The notes under the pieces: model-generated
The model's database searches: none
The model's input: only the letters and a program-made list of their open reading frames with translations
What the model was told of the DNA's origin: nothing
Position numbers and translations under genes: made by a program
In this document: positions 63,455-64,000 of the stretch, in pieces
Position numbering within the stretch: position 1 is the stretch's first letter
How the letters are laid out: each line of letters opens with the position of its first letter
Source: an uncultured Thermoleophilia bacterium
Lineage (GTDB): Bacteria; Actinomycetota; Thermoleophilia; UBA2241
Length of the DNA stretch: 64,000 nt
Reading direction: 5' to 3'
Assembly: GCA_963765635.1 (NCBI GenBank)
Contig: CAVXXF010000004.1
Location: forward strand, 379,610 to 443,609

Positions 63455-64000
63455 TCAGTATTCTTCTTGGGACAGCGACTCGTCGATGGTGCTCTCGAGC
63501 TCGCCGTCGAGCTTGACTTCGTCGCCCTTGGGGACCGGCTTGTCGCCACTGTCGCGCGAGAGCAGGGCCGATTCGCCGCTCATCATGGCGTCGAACGCCT
63601 TCGCCTTTAAGCGCGCGCGGGTCTCCTCGATGCGGCGGCGCATCTCGGCCTGATCGATAGGCTCACCTTCGCGCGCCGCGGGCTCCGCGACGACGGGCTC
63701 TTCGACGACCGGTTCCTCGACCACCGGCTCCTCAACGACCTCCGCCACCGGTTCTTCGACGACGGGCTCCTCGGCTACCGGCTCTTCGACGACCTCGGCT
63801 ACCGGCTCCTCGACGACGGGTTCTTCCGCCACCGGCTCCTCGACCACGGGCTCTTCGACGACGGGTTCTTCCGCCACGGGCTCTTCGACGACGGGCTCCT
63901 CGGCTACCTGCTCTTCGAAGACGGGTTCCTCGACGACCTCTGCCACCGGCTCCTCGACGACTTCTGCCACCGGTTCCTCGACGACCTCTGCTACGGGCTC
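63455..64000 (-). CDS. Acidic EEPV-repeat protein, C-terminal part; N-terminus runs off the right edge
   Basis: The frame stays open to the window edge. More than 20 reiterations of EEPV(A/V) (with an EVVEEPVA variant) precede a unique about 70-aa tail (...RRRIEETRARLKAKAFDAMMSGESALLSRDSGDKPVPKGDEVKLDGELESTIDESLSQEEY). Confidence 0.7.
   Translation of the reverse strand, partial: EPVAEVVEEPVAEVVEEPVAEVVEEPVFEEQVAEEPVVEEPVAEEPVVEEPVVEEPVAEEPVVEEPVAEVVEEPVAEEPVVEEPVAEVVEEPVVEEPVVEEPVVAEPAAREGEPIDQAEMRRRIEETRARLKAKAFDAMMSGESALLSRDSGDKPVPKGDEVKLDGELESTIDESLSQEEY
63690..64000. repeat. Coding tandem repeat, 15-nt unit (with 21-nt variants), encoding (EEPVx)n
   Basis: The plus strand shows reiterated ggctcctcgacgacg / ggttcttccgccac units. 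The array continues beyond the window. Confidence 0.8.

Noticed and set aside
63690-64000. CRISPR array or non-coding satellite
   Set aside because: The repeats are 15/21 nt, contiguous without spacers, and stay in one open reading frame encoding EEPV units. The same reasoning applies to the Asp/Glu tract at 19072..19153.

Overview
All calls below come from reading the sequence and ORF translations by eye. No searches, HMMs or folding programs were run, so family assignments are pattern recognition and start codons are judgement calls.

The window is a GC-rich bacterial chromosomal segment with strong GC3 bias. Its gene organisation looks actinobacterial: frequent GTG/TTG starts, AGGAGG-type ribosome-binding sites (RBS) and many 4-nt start/stop overlaps.

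Content, left to right:
1. 1-6.9 kb: a GntR-controlled amino-acid uptake/catabolism cluster. It holds a polar amino-acid ABC transporter, an ornithine-cyclodeaminase-family enzyme, a class V aminotransferase and a divergent SelA-like PLP enzyme.
2. 6.9-8.4 kb: a gene-poor stretch with a small PLDc_N membrane protein and a head-plus-tail relic of a hydrolase-cyclase gene.
3. 8.4-14.4 kb: a cyclic-nucleotide neighbourhood. It holds a tandem cNMP-binding protein, a LipJ-like alpha/beta-hydrolase-cyclase, and a frameshifted Zn-ribbon-cyclase-AAA-TPR giant.
4. 14.6-18.4 kb: tRNA-Ile(GAU), vapBC, and a ~1.45 kb tandem duplication carrying two paralogous secreted proteins of unknown function.
5. 18.5-23.8 kb: housekeeping genes (BFN nuclease, chorismate mutase, thrB, dedA), then a DegT aminotransferase and a frameshifted DUF354 gene.
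6. 23.8-31.4 kb: a sulfur island. It holds LysR, a TauE/SafE exporter, a cysPTWA sulfate-transporter operon riddled with frameshifts, an intact phosphosulfolactate synthase (comA) and a histidine phosphatase.
7. 31.4-35 kb: a frameshifted DltD/AlgJ-like gene, an intact MBOAT and a GH73-like secreted protein.
8. 35.2-51 kb: a 14-gene, co-directional, translationally coupled Wzx/Wzy glycan locus. It holds five GT4 transferases, three ATP-grasp ligases, a PIG-L deacetylase, a CE4-like deacetylase and a Wzz protein.
9. 51-64 kb: an agmatinase/CN-hydrolase pair, a REC-GGDEF-EAL protein, and TrpB2 preceded by a possible Trp-codon leader. These are followed by an operon (response regulator, histidine kinase, XdhC, MocA-HD, HAD), a membrane M28 peptidase and a partial EEPV-repeat protein.

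No rRNA, CRISPR array, transposase or integrase was seen.

The most notable points are the ATP-grasp/deacetylase-rich glycan locus and the clustered, indel-only gene lesions. Those lesions are either real recent decay or local consensus errors; this must be checked against reads.
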